From NCBI RefSeq assembly GCF_044704955.1, contig NC_091999.1:23064001-23128000 (forward strand): 64,000 bases of DNA. The letters are read 5' to 3'. Position numbers and translations under genes: made by a program. Below are positions 38,506 through 50,700 of the stretch, piece after piece. A model generated the notes under the pieces. It was not told where the DNA came from. It did not search any database and saw only the letters and a list, made by a program, of their open reading frames with translations. Each line of letters begins with the position of its first letter. Within the stretch, counting starts at the first letter, position 1. Source of the DNA: Pristiophorus japonicus. Taxonomy: Eukaryota.

Positions 38506-38544
38506 CACAGTGATGGAACTCCGTTCAACCCTCGTACAGAACCT
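38506..38544 (+). other. 23-RSS of the inverted TCR V
   Basis: CACAGTG + exactly 23 nt (ATGGAACTCCGTTCAACCCTCGT) + ACAGAACCT. Confidence 0.85.
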
Positions 38545-39234
38545 CCCGCTACTTTGTAGATCTTGGCTCCGACTGTTGAAGTCGTATATAACGGCAGGCA
38601 GATCCTGCCACATTGGTTCCTGTGAGCCGACACACACTGAGATGGACCCAAAGGACAGTCTCCTGTAAGAAGGGCTCACAATAAACTGATTTCTTGATAC
38701 TCGGGGAAATGTCCTGCAGAGCCAATCAATTGGGCAGGTTGAGTATCTTAGCGACATACACGAAGCAGAAGCCAACTGGTTGCTGCTAAAGTTACTTGTG
38801 AGAACAGAATGACAACATTCGCTGGCATCGCCTCGGATCTAGAATCAGACTATTAAGCCTGTGCTGTCACTTTGAAAGAGCTATCGTATTAGTCCCATCT
38901 TTTGCGAAAGCCCTGCAATTTTCTCCCTTTAGATATTTAACTAATTCCCTTTTGAAAGTTAATATTAATCTTTCCCCCACTCTTTCACGTAGTATATTCC
39001 TGATCACAACTGCATCACTAAATTCGGCCCTTTTCACCTCAGGCTCCTTTTCCAATTTGCTTAAATCAGAAATCAAACATCAGGAAATATGTTTGTCGCT
39101 GGTACTAACTTCAACTGAGTTGCGTACCTGGATTCCGTGGATGACGCCATAATCCCTCGCATACATCATAGCACAATGATTGGCTGTTTCTTCGAAGGTT
39201 ACTGCCGTATCCGTAGGAGTTGTTCACTGATTTC

Positions 39235-39510
39235 ACGTTGATAGTATCAGAAGGAATGGCGCAGAGCAGGAAGACAGGATCCCCAGGGTGATGTTCAGTG
39301 AGTTCAGCGAGATGGTATCAAAGGGAATGAAGCAGAGCAGGGAGGCAGGATCCCTAGGAAGATGTTCAGTGAGTTCAGGGAGATGGTATCAGAAGGAATG
39401 GAGCAGAGCAGTGAGAACAATTCCGTGGGTGATGTTCAGTGAGTTAAGCGAGATGGTATCAGAGGGAACAGTGCAGTGCAGACAGAAAGGCAGTCCGGGG
39501 AAGAGGTGAC
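39235..39510 (+). repeat. ~70-bp tandem repeat (~4 copies)
   Basis: GATGTTCAGTGAGTT.AG.GAGATGGTATCA at ~39290, 39361, 39431. Confidence 0.8.
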
Positions 39511-39519
39511 AGCGGGTCG

Positions 39520-40330
39520 TGTTTAATGTGAGATCATGCACTTTGGCAGAAAAAATCAAGGAGCCAGTTATTATTTAAATGGAAAAAGATTGCAAAGTGC
39601 CGCAGTACAGCGGGACCTGGGGGTACTTGTGCATGAAACACAAAAGGATGATATGAATTTACAGCGAGTGATCAGGAAGGCCATTGGTATCTTGGCCATT
39701 ATTGTGAAGGGGATGGAGTATAAAAGCAGGGAAGTCTTGCTACAGTTATACAGGATATTGGGGAGGCCACACCTGGAACTGTGTGCGGTTTTGGTTTACA
39801 TATTTATGAAAGGATATACTTGCTTTGGAGGCAGTTCAGAGAAGGTTCACTCGGATGATTCCGGAGATGAGGGGGTTGACTTATGAGGAAAGGTTGAGTA
39901 GTTTTGGCCTCGACTCATTGGAATTCAGAAGAATGAGATGTGATCTTATCGAAATGTATCAGATTATGAGGGGGCTTGACAAGGTGGATGCAGAGAGGAT
40001 GTTTGCACTGATGGGGGAGATTAGAACTAGAGGACATGATCTTAAAATATGGGGCCGCACAATTAAAACAGAGATGACGAGAAATTTCCTCTCTAAGAGT
40101 GTTGTAAATCTGTGGACTTCGCTGCCTCAGAGAGCCGTGGAAGCTGGGACATTGAATAACCTTAAGATAGAAATAGACAGTTTTTTAAACGATAAGGGGC
40201 TATGGGGATCAGGCAGTGAAGTGGAGCTCAGTCCATTATCATATCAGCCATGATATTATTGAATGGCGGAGCAGGCTCGAGGTGCACTATGGCCGACTCC
40301 TGTTCCAATTTCTTATATTCTTATGTTTTT
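39520..40330 (+). mobile_element. CR1 3' portion
   Basis: MHFGRKN..QRDLGV..RPHLE..EFRRMR; TTCTTAT tail. Confidence 0.9.
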
Positions 40331-40759
40331 ACGTAAGTTCCTCATAATGGAGAACGGCTGGCAGTGATTACCCTACTCATTTCTGTCTGTGTGGACCATA
40401 TGCATTAAGGTCACCTTTAAAGAGTTGAATCGAAAACAAAACTTACATTCTACGAATGCCCTCCCAGAGAGGAGGATGTCAATCGCATATTTGGGCAGAA
40501 CAAAACGACAATGATTTTACATCATAAATTGATATTGCCCGTGCATCACACATTCTGTATGTAGGTGCCCAACGGGCACAAAGCTCCAAATGTACCTGCA
40601 GCTGCCGCGTGAACCCTCATCTCCTCTCTGTCAAAGAAAGTCTCTCCACCTGTCGTCTCTTTCTTGGCTTTATGTATGTGTATAACAGAAACATTGGAGC
40701 GCGTGTCTGTGTGTCAGTTAGGCCCCAGTCTTTGGGAATCATTCCAAGAGTTTTGCTCC

Positions 40760-41080
40760 CTAGTGTGTCTGGAAGTGTTTGATGGGACAGTGTAGAGGGA
40801 GCTTTAATCTGTATTTAACCCGTGCTGCTCCTGCCCTGGGTGCGTTTTTTGGGATGGTGTAGAGGGAGATTTATTCTATATTTAACCCGTGCTGTACCTG
40901 CCCTGGGAGGGTGTGGTGTGCAAGTGTAGATGGAGCTGTTCTCTGTATCTAACCCGTACTGCACCTGCCCTGGGAGTTTTTGATGGGACAGTGCAGAGGG
41001 AGCTTTACTCTGCATCTAACCCGTGCTGTACCTGCCCTGTGAGTGTTTGTTAAGACAGTGTAGAGGGAGATTTGCTCTGA
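40760..41080 (-). repeat. 67-bp satellite, reverse orientation to 51430-52590
   Basis: TTTGATGGGACAGTGTAGAGGGAGCTTTA.TCTGTATCTAACCCGTGCTGTACCTGCCCTGGG. Confidence 0.9.
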
Positions 41081-41857
41081 CACGTACTATACTGTATCGG
41101 ACTATGGTGCATCAGAGGCCTCCTCTTTAATTTAACATGGCACATGAAAGACCATAATATTAGAGGAGACCGCCTGGTCGCTGTGCAGTCATTCCGCCTC
41201 TGGTGCATGATGGAACAAGGCACGGGAAAATGTGCCATCACTCTGATGGGACACTAGGTGACGCAGTGGCTCCTTAACCGAAGCGACTTGGATTCAAACA
41301 CAAACAGGATAGGACGTGGGAAGAATACATTTCATGGAAATAAAACAACGTGTGATAGGGAAATGGAACAGTGTGAAGGAGCCTTGGAGTAAGGAGTTCA
41401 GCAAAGTCCAATTTATTCCATTTGCCATTCCAGTTTTATTAACAATTTCACAGAGAACAATTTACAGGGAAGGTTTTCAAAAGTTCACACAAATTGAATA
41501 TAACAAATGAGCGTCACATTAATACCAGCACGCAGTCGGTCTGAGCTGCCAGCTATCTGTACAACTCTAACAGACATCAGGGAGAGAGAAACAGATGTTC
41601 AACACCAAGGGAAGGGAATAATTGTGAATCATGAATGATAAAAGTGACTTATGTACACATGAGATATTCAAACAATTGTTTAACTCCGAGATACATTTAC
41701 ATTATAGCCACGGTTATCTCACACATTTCAAAGAGAGAAATGAAAAAATTGAAGGCAATTGACTCCGGGAATCACCAAGAGTACATAATTTATTTTCAGG
41801 ACAAAGTGATGTTAACAGCCAGAGGAGAAAAATCCACGGCGGCCGCAATTCAGTCAA

Positions 41858-41866
41858 TCACTTGAC
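41858..41866 (-). pseudogene. IgM TM2 exon (VK*)
   Basis: CTCTTTTACAG|GTC AAG TGA; AATAAA at ~41411 and ~41435. Confidence 0.9.
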
Positions 41867-42004
41867 CTGTAAAAGAGGGATAAAAGTTTGAAGCAGCGTT
41901 TTAGTGGTTTGGGGCATTAATTTCAAGGTTGTTATCAATGAAACATTTAGAAATTTGTCAAACCTCTTCAATCAACTCGAACTGAGTGCATTGAATCTTC
42001 TCAC

Positions 42005-42132
42005 CTTCACCAGAGTGATGGCAGCGCTGTAGGAAATGCTCAGGAAGAACAAGATGATGAATGTGGAAGCGGTTGTCCAGATGTTGCTGCTCTCGTCCTC
42101 ATACTCTTCAATCCACATGTGGTCTGAGGAAT
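42005..42132 (-). pseudogene. IgM TM1 exon, intact
   Basis: CCCATAG|DSSDHMWIEEYEDESSNIWTTASTFIILFFLSISYSAAITLVK|GTGAG (CART motif). Confidence 0.95.
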
Positions 42133-42769
42133 CTATGGGATGTCGGGGAGGAAATATATACAAATCGTTTGTTACTCCAAAATCTCATCTTATTATTACG
42201 TATTCTCTTTTCTTTTTTTAAGCTGTTAGTTTGTTCTCTATTTTAATGTTCAATGTATGTCCTGTGTTAAGTTAATCACGCTCAGTAATCTATCTGTGTT
42301 CATAATTCCACAGTCGTTCTTTCTTTATGATCCTTCTATAGTCGGTTTTGGAAAATATGACAGTTTTCCTTCAATGTCACAGGCTAATTGATTTTGCATC
42401 AATTTCAAAGGATTTACCATTCGGGAATAGTTTGATGTAATATCGAGGGAACTATACTGAATGATATCGATTAATTTAACAATAGCTTCAGATAGTTAAT
42501 TATTCGGAGACTGTCAAAGGGGCAGGGTAAGACATCAGATGTGAGTTATAATCTGGATTAATTTGTGGTAGTCAAGATTCTGAATATAATTAATGTGCAT
42601 GAGTTTCCAACTAAGAACTTTGATTTAGTTTGTGTGCAGGACCAGACTATAGGAATGTGAGATATTATGGTATCAGAAATGATTTATTTAATACAATCGT
42701 TGCAGACTGTCTGTTCAAAGAATTTATTTTAATTCTATATTCGTCTGTTACCTGACGTATTTTTTGCAC

Positions 42770-43400
42770 TTTAATGTTTGTGCATGTGTGTATGACTATC
42801 TCTTCTTTTGGTGTTGTCTGTGTTTGTGTGTTGATGTGTGTCGATATGTAAGTTTGAATGTTTTAATGTGTCATTCCATATATTTATATTTATGTGTAAG
42901 TGTTTGTGTATTTTTGTAAGTTTGTGTATGTTTACATGTAAGCCTTTGTGTGTATATATGCAATTGTTTGTGGTTATGTTTAAGTATGTGTGTTCTTTGT
43001 AAGTACGTTCATGTGTGTGTTTTAACGTGTTTGTGTATGGTTATGTGTAAGTGTTGTGTATGTTTATGGGTAAGAATGTGTGCATTTATGTGTAACTGTG
43101 TGTGTTCGCATGTAAATGTGTCTGTGTGTTATGCGTTAGTTAGTTTGTGTTGAATATGTGTTTTTGCAAGTTTAAGTGTTTGTGTTTGTGTGTGTGTGTG
43201 TTAGTGCTTCTATTTTATTTAAGGGTGTGTTTATTTTTGCTGTCATATTAATGGTGCTGTGGTTCTGACAATGACGGTGTGTATTATATTCTGGGTATGC
43301 GTAATATCTTGTGTCAGTGTGTCAATGTGTGTGTTTATGTGTAAGTCGCTGTGTGTTTATGTGTAAGTCCGTTTTGTGTTTATGTGTCAGTGTGAACTTC
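42770..43400. repeat. Degenerate (TG)n tract in the CH4-TM1 intron
   Basis: TG-rich low-complexity sequence. Confidence 0.85.
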
Positions 43401-43499
43401 CACAAAAACATACACTACTAACGTTTGCACGCATTCTTCCTCGCTCTGTGTAAATGTGTTCAGTGTGAGACACAATGTGACATCAGCCGACGGAATGTA

Positions 43500-44500
43500 A
43501 CAACTCAATCGATGGGCATCTCGCTCTGGTGGCATTGAGGGGTGCAATGAGTTAACAATTGCCCTTTGCCCTCTCGCTTGTGCGGAAGTCGGATACATTG
43601 GCTTAACAATTACAGATTCCCCTCACTATGCTGTGGTAATGGGCGGGACAGTAAGTTAACAATTGCCCTTTCCCCTCTCTCTCTGGTGGGGGAGAGGGTT
43701 TACATTATCATAGGCAGTCCCTCGCAATCAAGGAAGACTTGCTTCCACTCTTAGCATGATTTCTTAGGTGGCTGTACATTCCAATAGGGAAGCACAATCT
43801 CTGTCACAGGTGAGAAAGACCGTGATTTAGGGAAGGGGAAGATTTTACTGGTTTGCCGCACGTTCCTTCCACTGCCTGCGCTTGATGTCTGACTGCTCTC
43901 GGCGATGAGACACGAGGGGCTCAGCGCCCTCCAGGATGTACCTCCTCCATTTAGGGCGGTCTTTGGCCAGGAACTCTCAAGTGTCAGTGGAGATGTCGCA
44001 CTTTATCAGGGAGGCTTTGAGGTCGCTTGTAACGTTTCCCCTGCCCACCTTTGGCTCATTTGCCATGGACGAGTTACGAGTAGAGCGCTTGCTTTGCGAG
44101 TCTCGTGTCTGGCATGCAGACAATGTGGCCTGTCCAGAGCAGCTGATCAAGTGTGGTCAGTGCTTTGATGCTGGGATGTTGGCCTGGACGAGGACGCTAA
44201 TGTTGGCGCGTCTGTCCTGCCAGGGAACTTGTAGAATCTATCAGAGACGGAGTGAGGTTACAGTGGATTAACAATTGCCATTTTCCCTCACTCTGGTGGG
44301 GCAGTGGGAAGTACGGTTGGGTCAGAATTGCCATTTCACCACTCTTTGATAGGGCAATGGGGTTACAGTGGGTGAATAATTGCCCTTTCATCTCTCTCTG
44401 GTGGTGCAGTGGGAGGTACAGTTGGTTCAGAATTGCCCTTTCACCTCTCTGGTGGCGTAGCGGGAGGTACAGGCGGAAAACAATTGCCATTTCACCTCTC
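43500..44500 (+). repeat. ~52-bp minisatellite interrupted by an RTE fragment
   Basis: AACAATTGCC.TTTC.CCTCTCT..GGTGG units at 43550-43700 and 44250-44500. Confidence 0.75.
43705..44250 (-). mobile_element. RTE 3' fragment
   Basis: 3'UTR TAGGCAGTCCCTC..GAAGACTTGCTTCC matches 13632-13668; GHIVCMPDTRLAKQALYS on the minus strand. Confidence 0.85.
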
Positions 44501-44961
44501 TCTGGTGAGGCGATGGGAGATACAGTTCGTGTTCGTGTGTGGACCTCATTTCAGATCCCACAGTGTGCGATGCTGCCAAATAAAACTGGCCCCAAATCTG
44601 AAGGGATGGACAACACGAGAAACAAGGGCACTGGGATATAAATGTACAGCATTTGTTTATCGGGAAATAGAACAACTATGCAGATTCTCCCAGGGGGACG
44701 AAAGTTTCTGAAATGACTTTGAGGTATCCTGTCATTAAAGAGCTTCTCTTTGTCTCCAACCTGTGGTGTATATGAGCTGAGCGCGCTGAATGTACCAGCT
44801 TTGGCCACAAGTCCGACAAATATTCTGCTTCAGATTAACAGCCCACACCTTGGCTAAAATAGGAAACAAAATTAATTGAGCGGCTGTGTGTGTCACTCAC
44901 GATTGGAAGAAAAGGCCTTTATTGTTTTTTATTTAAGAACTGAAAGGCAATCGAGAGATTC

Positions 44962-45353
44962 TCATTGATAAGAGTTCATGTTGTCCATCAGAACAAGGGA
45001 AATATTCACAAAACTGGGTTTACCTCTGGATTTATTGACGGTTCTGTTGGTGATCTTCAAGGAGATCGCTTCATGTCCCACCACACAGGAGTAAGAGGCG
45101 CCGCGGGCCCACTCCTCGGCTGCAATGGATAGCAGGCTGTACACAAAGAATGATCTGCTGCCATTCTCCGCCATCACCTCGGTATTCTTGCAGTTGTCGG
45201 AATCCACCGGTTTGTCCTTGTCGATCCATTTGACGAAGTACTCTCGGGGGGAGAAACCTCTCACTAAGCAGGTGAGGCTGACCAACCTCTGAGCAGAGAC
45301 TTCTTCTGCCGAGGGCAGGAGGACAGACACGGCCGGTTCCCGTGGATCTTTCG
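44962..45353 (-). pseudogene. IgM CH4 + secretory tail exon (open)
   Basis: [32 protein letters not shown]...YSCVVGHEA...[19 protein letters not shown]; internal donor G|GTAAA at 45024/45023; AATAAA 44918-44923. Confidence 0.95.
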
Positions 45354-46249
45354 CTGTAGAACAGTTACAATAAAGGCCAATGAACTGGACAGTTCCAGGG
45401 ACAATGGTGGGAGATTTAATCTAATAAAGCAGGCGTGTTGAGGGTGTGGGGGTGATTAAATTGGTAAAAATCGGAATCCCGACATCAACACGACCACTCC
45501 TGGTTGTAATATTGTATTTGAATAATATATTTATAGGAGGCTGGAATCCTCTATTTTAACCTCCATTCGGTGATTAACTGTAGCTGGTCCGGTTTGACAC
45601 ACTATGTAAATCCCAGCAGTTACAGCGATGCGGGGACTGCTGCACCCAAGTGGTTATTGCCCTTACACCTCCCTCCTGGATCCAGGGTCCCTGCCTAACC
45701 CACCCCCCGCGATCCGAGAGCTCCTCACTAGGCTTCCAATCCTCCTCTTCTCCCGGGTGGCCTGTGAGACGACCACCACCAACTCGCCTTCTCCGTTTAA
45801 ATTCGCCAATGTCCCGTAGTTACACGTCAGAGAAATGTGCTCTTCGTTGACATTTAACGCTTTATTATTTCCCCTCTGTGACCTCTCTGGTTTACCATCC
45901 CGCAACAGAGTGAACATAATCTTTCTCTCTGAAATCTTTAAGGGTTGGACTTGAATTTACTGCACAGATCAAGGCGATTTGGCCAACCGGTCTATGCCTA
46001 TGTTTATGCTCCATACAAGCATCCACCTGACTCAGTTCATCTAACCCAAATAACATACCCTTGTATTCCTTTCTCGCTCATGGACTTATCCAGTTTCCCC
46101 TAAAACACATAACCTCAGGTCCAAGAGTGGGATTACCAAACTGAATGATCAGACTATTCCATTAAACACTTTATATAATGAATTGGCCCTTGCACAGGCA
46201 CCGTAAATAGTCACAGTATCTCACTTATTGCAACAATCTCCCCGCTCAC

Positions 46250-46558
46250 CCTTTGCCTTGTGGATGGAATCTCTGAGAGGAGTCGGCATATCCTGATGGC
46301 TCACCACGCAGTAGAACTTATCCCCACTCAGCCAGTCTTGTGTCGAGATGTCTAAGTTGCTGATCACGCTGCTGGGATCCTCTCCGTGTTGGACGGCAAT
46401 CTCTGATTTCAAAGCCTCCTTTTCTCAGGTCCAGGACACGGTGAGCCCATAAGGAGCGTCAGACACGACGAAGGTTAAGGTCACCGTCGCCTCCAGTAAG
46501 TCCTGTGCCAGTTACTGTGGGCGAAGAGTGATTTTTGAATCGCTGCATGGGACATCCA
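46250..46558 (-). pseudogene. IgM CH3 exon, inactivated
   Basis: TTTTGCAG|..LLEATVTLTF(C lost)[32 protein letters not shown]|GTGAG; TAA 46512-46514, TGA 46425-46427. Confidence 0.93.
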
Positions 46559-47267
46559 CTGCAAAACAGGAATGAAAGTCAGGAAAAGCTGCAGCTTCAA
46601 AATCAGGACACCAATATTTAGCCTTAACTCTTTCAAGGGGGATAAATCACTTTTGAGATATCAACCTCTCGCTGTTGCTTTAACACCGGCGTTATTGGAA
46701 GGACAATGAATTGGCACCGATTCCGGGAGATCTGTACCAATTCCTGTGTATTTGCAGCCAGAGCCACCTGGAATGGGCTGTGAAACAAATAACCGGTGTA
46801 AAATGGGAATACAATGTGGTGCAATTGTGCTAGGCACTGAATAGCGCTGTTGCTGAAATCCCTTGCTCCTTTATACTCATCTATAGATCCTTGCATCCAA
46901 AGGCATCTCCGCTGGTTATAATAGTGAAGCCCAAATAGCCCGAAGGTCAAGAGGTCTACACCAGCATTACTCTGGTTCAAAACAAGTGTCAAATTAATTT
47001 CAGGATTTATGGGACAACAGGAAACAAAGTTAAGTTTCTGGTCACTTGCTGTGATCTTTATTGCGGTGAAAATGTACAGGAACCAGTCACAGCCCCCGTC
47101 AGAGGAGAAGTGCAAGGTCAGGAGAATGAAGTTCCAAGGGGTCTTTTGTGGTGGGGCATCATTTGTAATGATGTGAGGTAGTTTGTTAATTTCTGTCATT
47201 ATTGAACATTTATCATGTCTGGTGAGAGAGAGTCAGAGTTAAATATGACCTCAGGGCATTACTAGCA

Positions 47268-47770
47268 ACATAGGAACAGGATGAGGCCATTCAGCCCATC
47301 CATCCTGTCCCGCAATCCAGTTAGATCAGGGCTGATCTACACTCAACGCCATCTTCACGCCTTGCTTCTGTTACCCTTGATAATCTTGCCTAACAAAAAT
47401 CTATCAATCTCAGTTTTCAACTTTTCAATTGAAACCAAGCTTCAGCAGCTTTTGGAGAGGGAAATCCAGACTTCCTGTGAAGAAATCCTTCCTGACATCA
47501 CTTCTGCACGATCCAGCTCTAATTTTAAGATTCTGCTATTTGTCCTGAACTTATCCATCAAAGGAAATAATTGTTCAACATCTACTTGATCAATTGTATT
47601 TATCTACTTGAACACCTCAATTGTATCACCTCTTAATATTCTCTACTCGTCTCCTCATCATTTTATTTTATTAGCCCCGGTATCATTCGGATAAACCTGC
47701 ACTTTACCGCCTCCATGACCAGTATGTCCTTCCTGAGCTGCGGAGCCCAGAATTGGGCTCGGTGCTGTGA
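47268..47770 (-). mobile_element. Decayed CR1 3' fragment
   Basis: QFWAPQLRKDILVMEAV; 3'UTR GAGGCCATTCAGCCC. Confidence 0.75.
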
Positions 47771-47974
47771 ATAGGGTAGATGCCCATTCCAACAGTGGGT
47801 TCCTGGACAGTTAGCAGTAAAGGGTTCCAGACTCCGACTGCCGCTCCGTATATGATCAGCCAACTCAGGATAAACCTGAGAATAAGGGCACATCACTCAC
47901 TGCCTGAAATCAGAGCAGGGGGAAAGCTTCGTTGGCGAGTTTATTAAATCCTGAACAATGAGGAATCCTGAACC

Positions 47975-48390
47975 AGAAGATCGTGGGTTGAAGTCCCACT
48001 CCAGATACTTGATCACAAAATGTAAGCTGAGTTTCCAGTGCAGTACTGGGGGCGTGGTGCACTGTCGGAGGTGCCGTCTTTCGGATCACGTGTTAAAGCG
48101 AGGATCCGTCTGGCCTCTTAGGTGGACGTAAATTATTCCCTGGAACTATTTCAATGAAAAGCCGAGGACTTTTCCTTAGTGGTCTGGGAATATTTATAGC
48201 TCCAAAAACACCACTAAGCAAAACGTAATCTGGTCATTATCACACTGCTGTTTGTGGGAGATTGCTGTGCACTAAATGATTGCTGCACGTTGTACATTAC
48301 AACTGTGACCACATTTCACAACTTAATTCATTGGCTGGCAAGCGATTTGGTTCAGACTAAGGTAGCTGAAGGCGCTGTTTCAAGGCAAGT
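47975..48390 (+). mobile_element. tRNA-derived SINE (DeuSINE-like)
   Basis: GGTTGAAGTCCC B-box-like, TGCACTGTCGGAGGTGCCGTCTTTCGGAT core, L2-type tail; same family as 4570-4990 and tail at 34680-34780. Confidence 0.7.
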
Positions 48391-48526
48391 TTGTAATCAC
48401 AAGAATACACAAACTGCATGATTGGAAATTAGGAATAGTTCGGTGCTTTTTACTAATTTCAATAAAAGTCCTGACTGAGATCAGCGCTCAGAATGGCCTG
48501 TAACCTCCCGGGATTGTGCCTCTTAC

Positions 48527-48844
48527 CCGGAGATCTGGTGAAGTTACGGCTTTGCTTGACCCCTTCATGACTGACCTGGCAGGTGTCGACCGAGCCGGTG
48601 AACAATTCCCCGTCGGGGACTGTCAGCCGACTGGCCGCCGAGAAGTTCCCGTTCACCTCAAAGACGGGAGAGGTGACAGAGCCCAAATCCAGGAGTTGTC
48701 CTCTCTCCAGCCAATTCACGGTCATTGATTTTGGTCGGAAATGGATGATTGAACACACGGCGCTTGCATATCTGCTGCTGGTGATTTGTTCAGTAGAACT
48801 CAGCGTGAGGAGAACAGTTGGAGGGATGCTGTCGCGTTCAGGAT
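48527..48844 (-). pseudogene. IgM CH2 exon (open frame)
   Basis: TTGAAG|..IPPTVLLT..SAVCSIIHFRPKSMTVNW..FSAASRLTV..TCQVSH..|GTAAG. Confidence 0.93.
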
Positions 48845-49029
48845 CTTCAAGAGAAGACAAATTATTGACATTGCTTGCAAAAGCAATCATTAAAAAATGC
48901 AAAGTGTCCTTATATTTTAACAAGTTCTTCGCTGTCAGCCTAACACTTAACTGGCATTTACAGAGAGCAGAACTGTGCACAGTCTTCTCAGTGTAATCTG
49001 CAAACCGGAACTGTGCATAATACTCTTAG

Positions 49030-49420
49030 TATGATCTGGAGACCAGAACTTTACACAGTATTCCAAGAGTGATTAGGAGACCAGAACTGTAAACAATATT
49101 CTTAGTATGATATGGAGACCTGAACTGTGGACAGTATTCTAAATGTGATATGGAAACCAGAACTGTGCATAATATTCTAAGTATGATAGGGAGACCAGAA
49201 CTATACACAGTATTTTAATTGTGATAGGGGAGACCAGAACGGTGCACAGTATTATAAGTGCGATAGGGAGACCAGAACTATACACAGTACTCTAAGTGTG
49301 ATATGGAGAACAGGACTGTACACAGCATTCTAAGTGTAATATAGACACCAGAACTGTACACAGCACTCTAAGAGTCGTCTAACCAAATGTCTGTACAATT
49401 TGAACATATCTTCTCATCTT
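49030..49420 (-). repeat. 38-bp minisatellite (~9 copies) amplified from CR1 ORF2
   Basis: GGAGACCAGAACTGTACACAGTATTCTAAGTGTGATAT units; compare CR1 8145-8178. Confidence 0.85.
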
Positions 49421-49453
49421 ATCACAGTTTGCCCTGTATCCCACATCACTAAC

Positions 49454-49641
49454 CTGGCATTGTGATGGCCCAGACCGACACACCACGTCAAACCTCGCAG
49501 TAGATTGTGCTGCTGCACACCTCTGACTCGGTGATGGTTAACCGGCTCTTTATCTTTCTTCCAGTAAAGGCTGGTGATTTTATCTTTCTTCCAGGAAAAG
49601 CTGGTGATTTTGGGGGAGTAGTCCATCGCCAAACAGCGGAA
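49454..49641 (-). pseudogene. IgM CH1 exon remnant
   Basis: FRCLAMDYSPKITSFSWKKDK-ITSLYWKKDK-EP / LTITESEVCSSTIYCEV*RG..|GTTAGT; 5' end and acceptor not found. Confidence 0.88.
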
Positions 49642-49809
49642 GCAGTTTCTCCCTACTCAGCGCACTTTGATCTGGGCTGTATTCCATCCTATTGAATGGA
49701 CGTCTCTTGTGTTTCCTCCTTCCTCCCACTCAATAAATAATCCGAATTAAATACCATTCCAAAATCCGGTTAACTGGAAGTTTCCCCTTAAAACGTCCCA
49801 TTTCAATTC

Positions 49810-50700
49810 GCATTGTTGTTCTTGTTATATAACAATGACGTGGACTTGGTTATAGGGATTCCATCTCGAAGTTCGAAGATGAAGCAAAACCTGGCAACGT
49901 AGCCAATAGTGAGCATGGTAGTAACAGACTTGAAGAGGAATCAGAGAGACGAGTGAAATGGGCCGGGACATGGCAGGTGCAATTTAATGCGGATAAGCGG
50001 TGCACTTTGGGTGGAACATGGCGAGGCAGTATCATCTAAATAGTATTGTTTTGAGCGGATACAAAAACATAAATATCTGTATATATATATTCACCAATCT
50101 TTGAAGGTGACAGGGCAAGCTGGTAAGGCTGTTATTAACCCGTATGGGATATTTGACTATGTAAATAGGGACATTGACTACAAAAACAAGGCGGTTATAA
50201 CAAACCTTTATAAATCATGGCTTAGGCCTCAGCTGGACTATTGCGTACAATTTTGTCACCACAATGCAGGAAGGATGTCAAGCTCTTGCGGCGTGTAGAG
50301 GGGAGGCTTTTACCAGGATGATGCCAGGGATGGGGTCTTCAGTTATGTGGAGAGATTGGAGAAGCTTGGATGATCTCCTTAGAGCAGAGGCTAAGAGGAG
50401 ACCTAAGAGAGATATTCAACGTTATGACAGGTTTTGATAGAGCAAGTAGGGAGAAACTGCTTCCGCTGGAAAGTAGGTGGGTAACCAAAGGTCACAGGTT
50501 TAAAATAATTGTCAAAAGATCAGTGGGTTGGTAATTTCAGGAATGCACCAGGCAGCTCATCACATATTTCAGGAGGACTCATTTGCACGTTTACAAGGAA
50601 AACCCTGCGGTGTTGGACTAAATTGGACAGCTCCTTCAGAGCCGGCACAGGCACAATGGCAGAATGGCCTTTTTCAATGCTGTGAGATGCTATCATTCTA
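49810..50700 (+). mobile_element. Decayed CR1 in the J-C intron
   Basis: SKFEDEAKPG, RPQLDYCVQF, LRGDL. Confidence 0.8.

Noticed and set aside
44559-44586. CACAGTG-12-AAATAAAAC cryptic RSS (lone heptamers also at ~52790, ~53859, ~57077)
   Set aside because: Weak or absent nonamers and no adjacent gene segment; expected by chance
46633-47199. 188-aa ORF in the CH2-CH3 intron as an extra C domain
   Set aside because: No Ig-fold Cys/Trp spacing or exon-like boundaries
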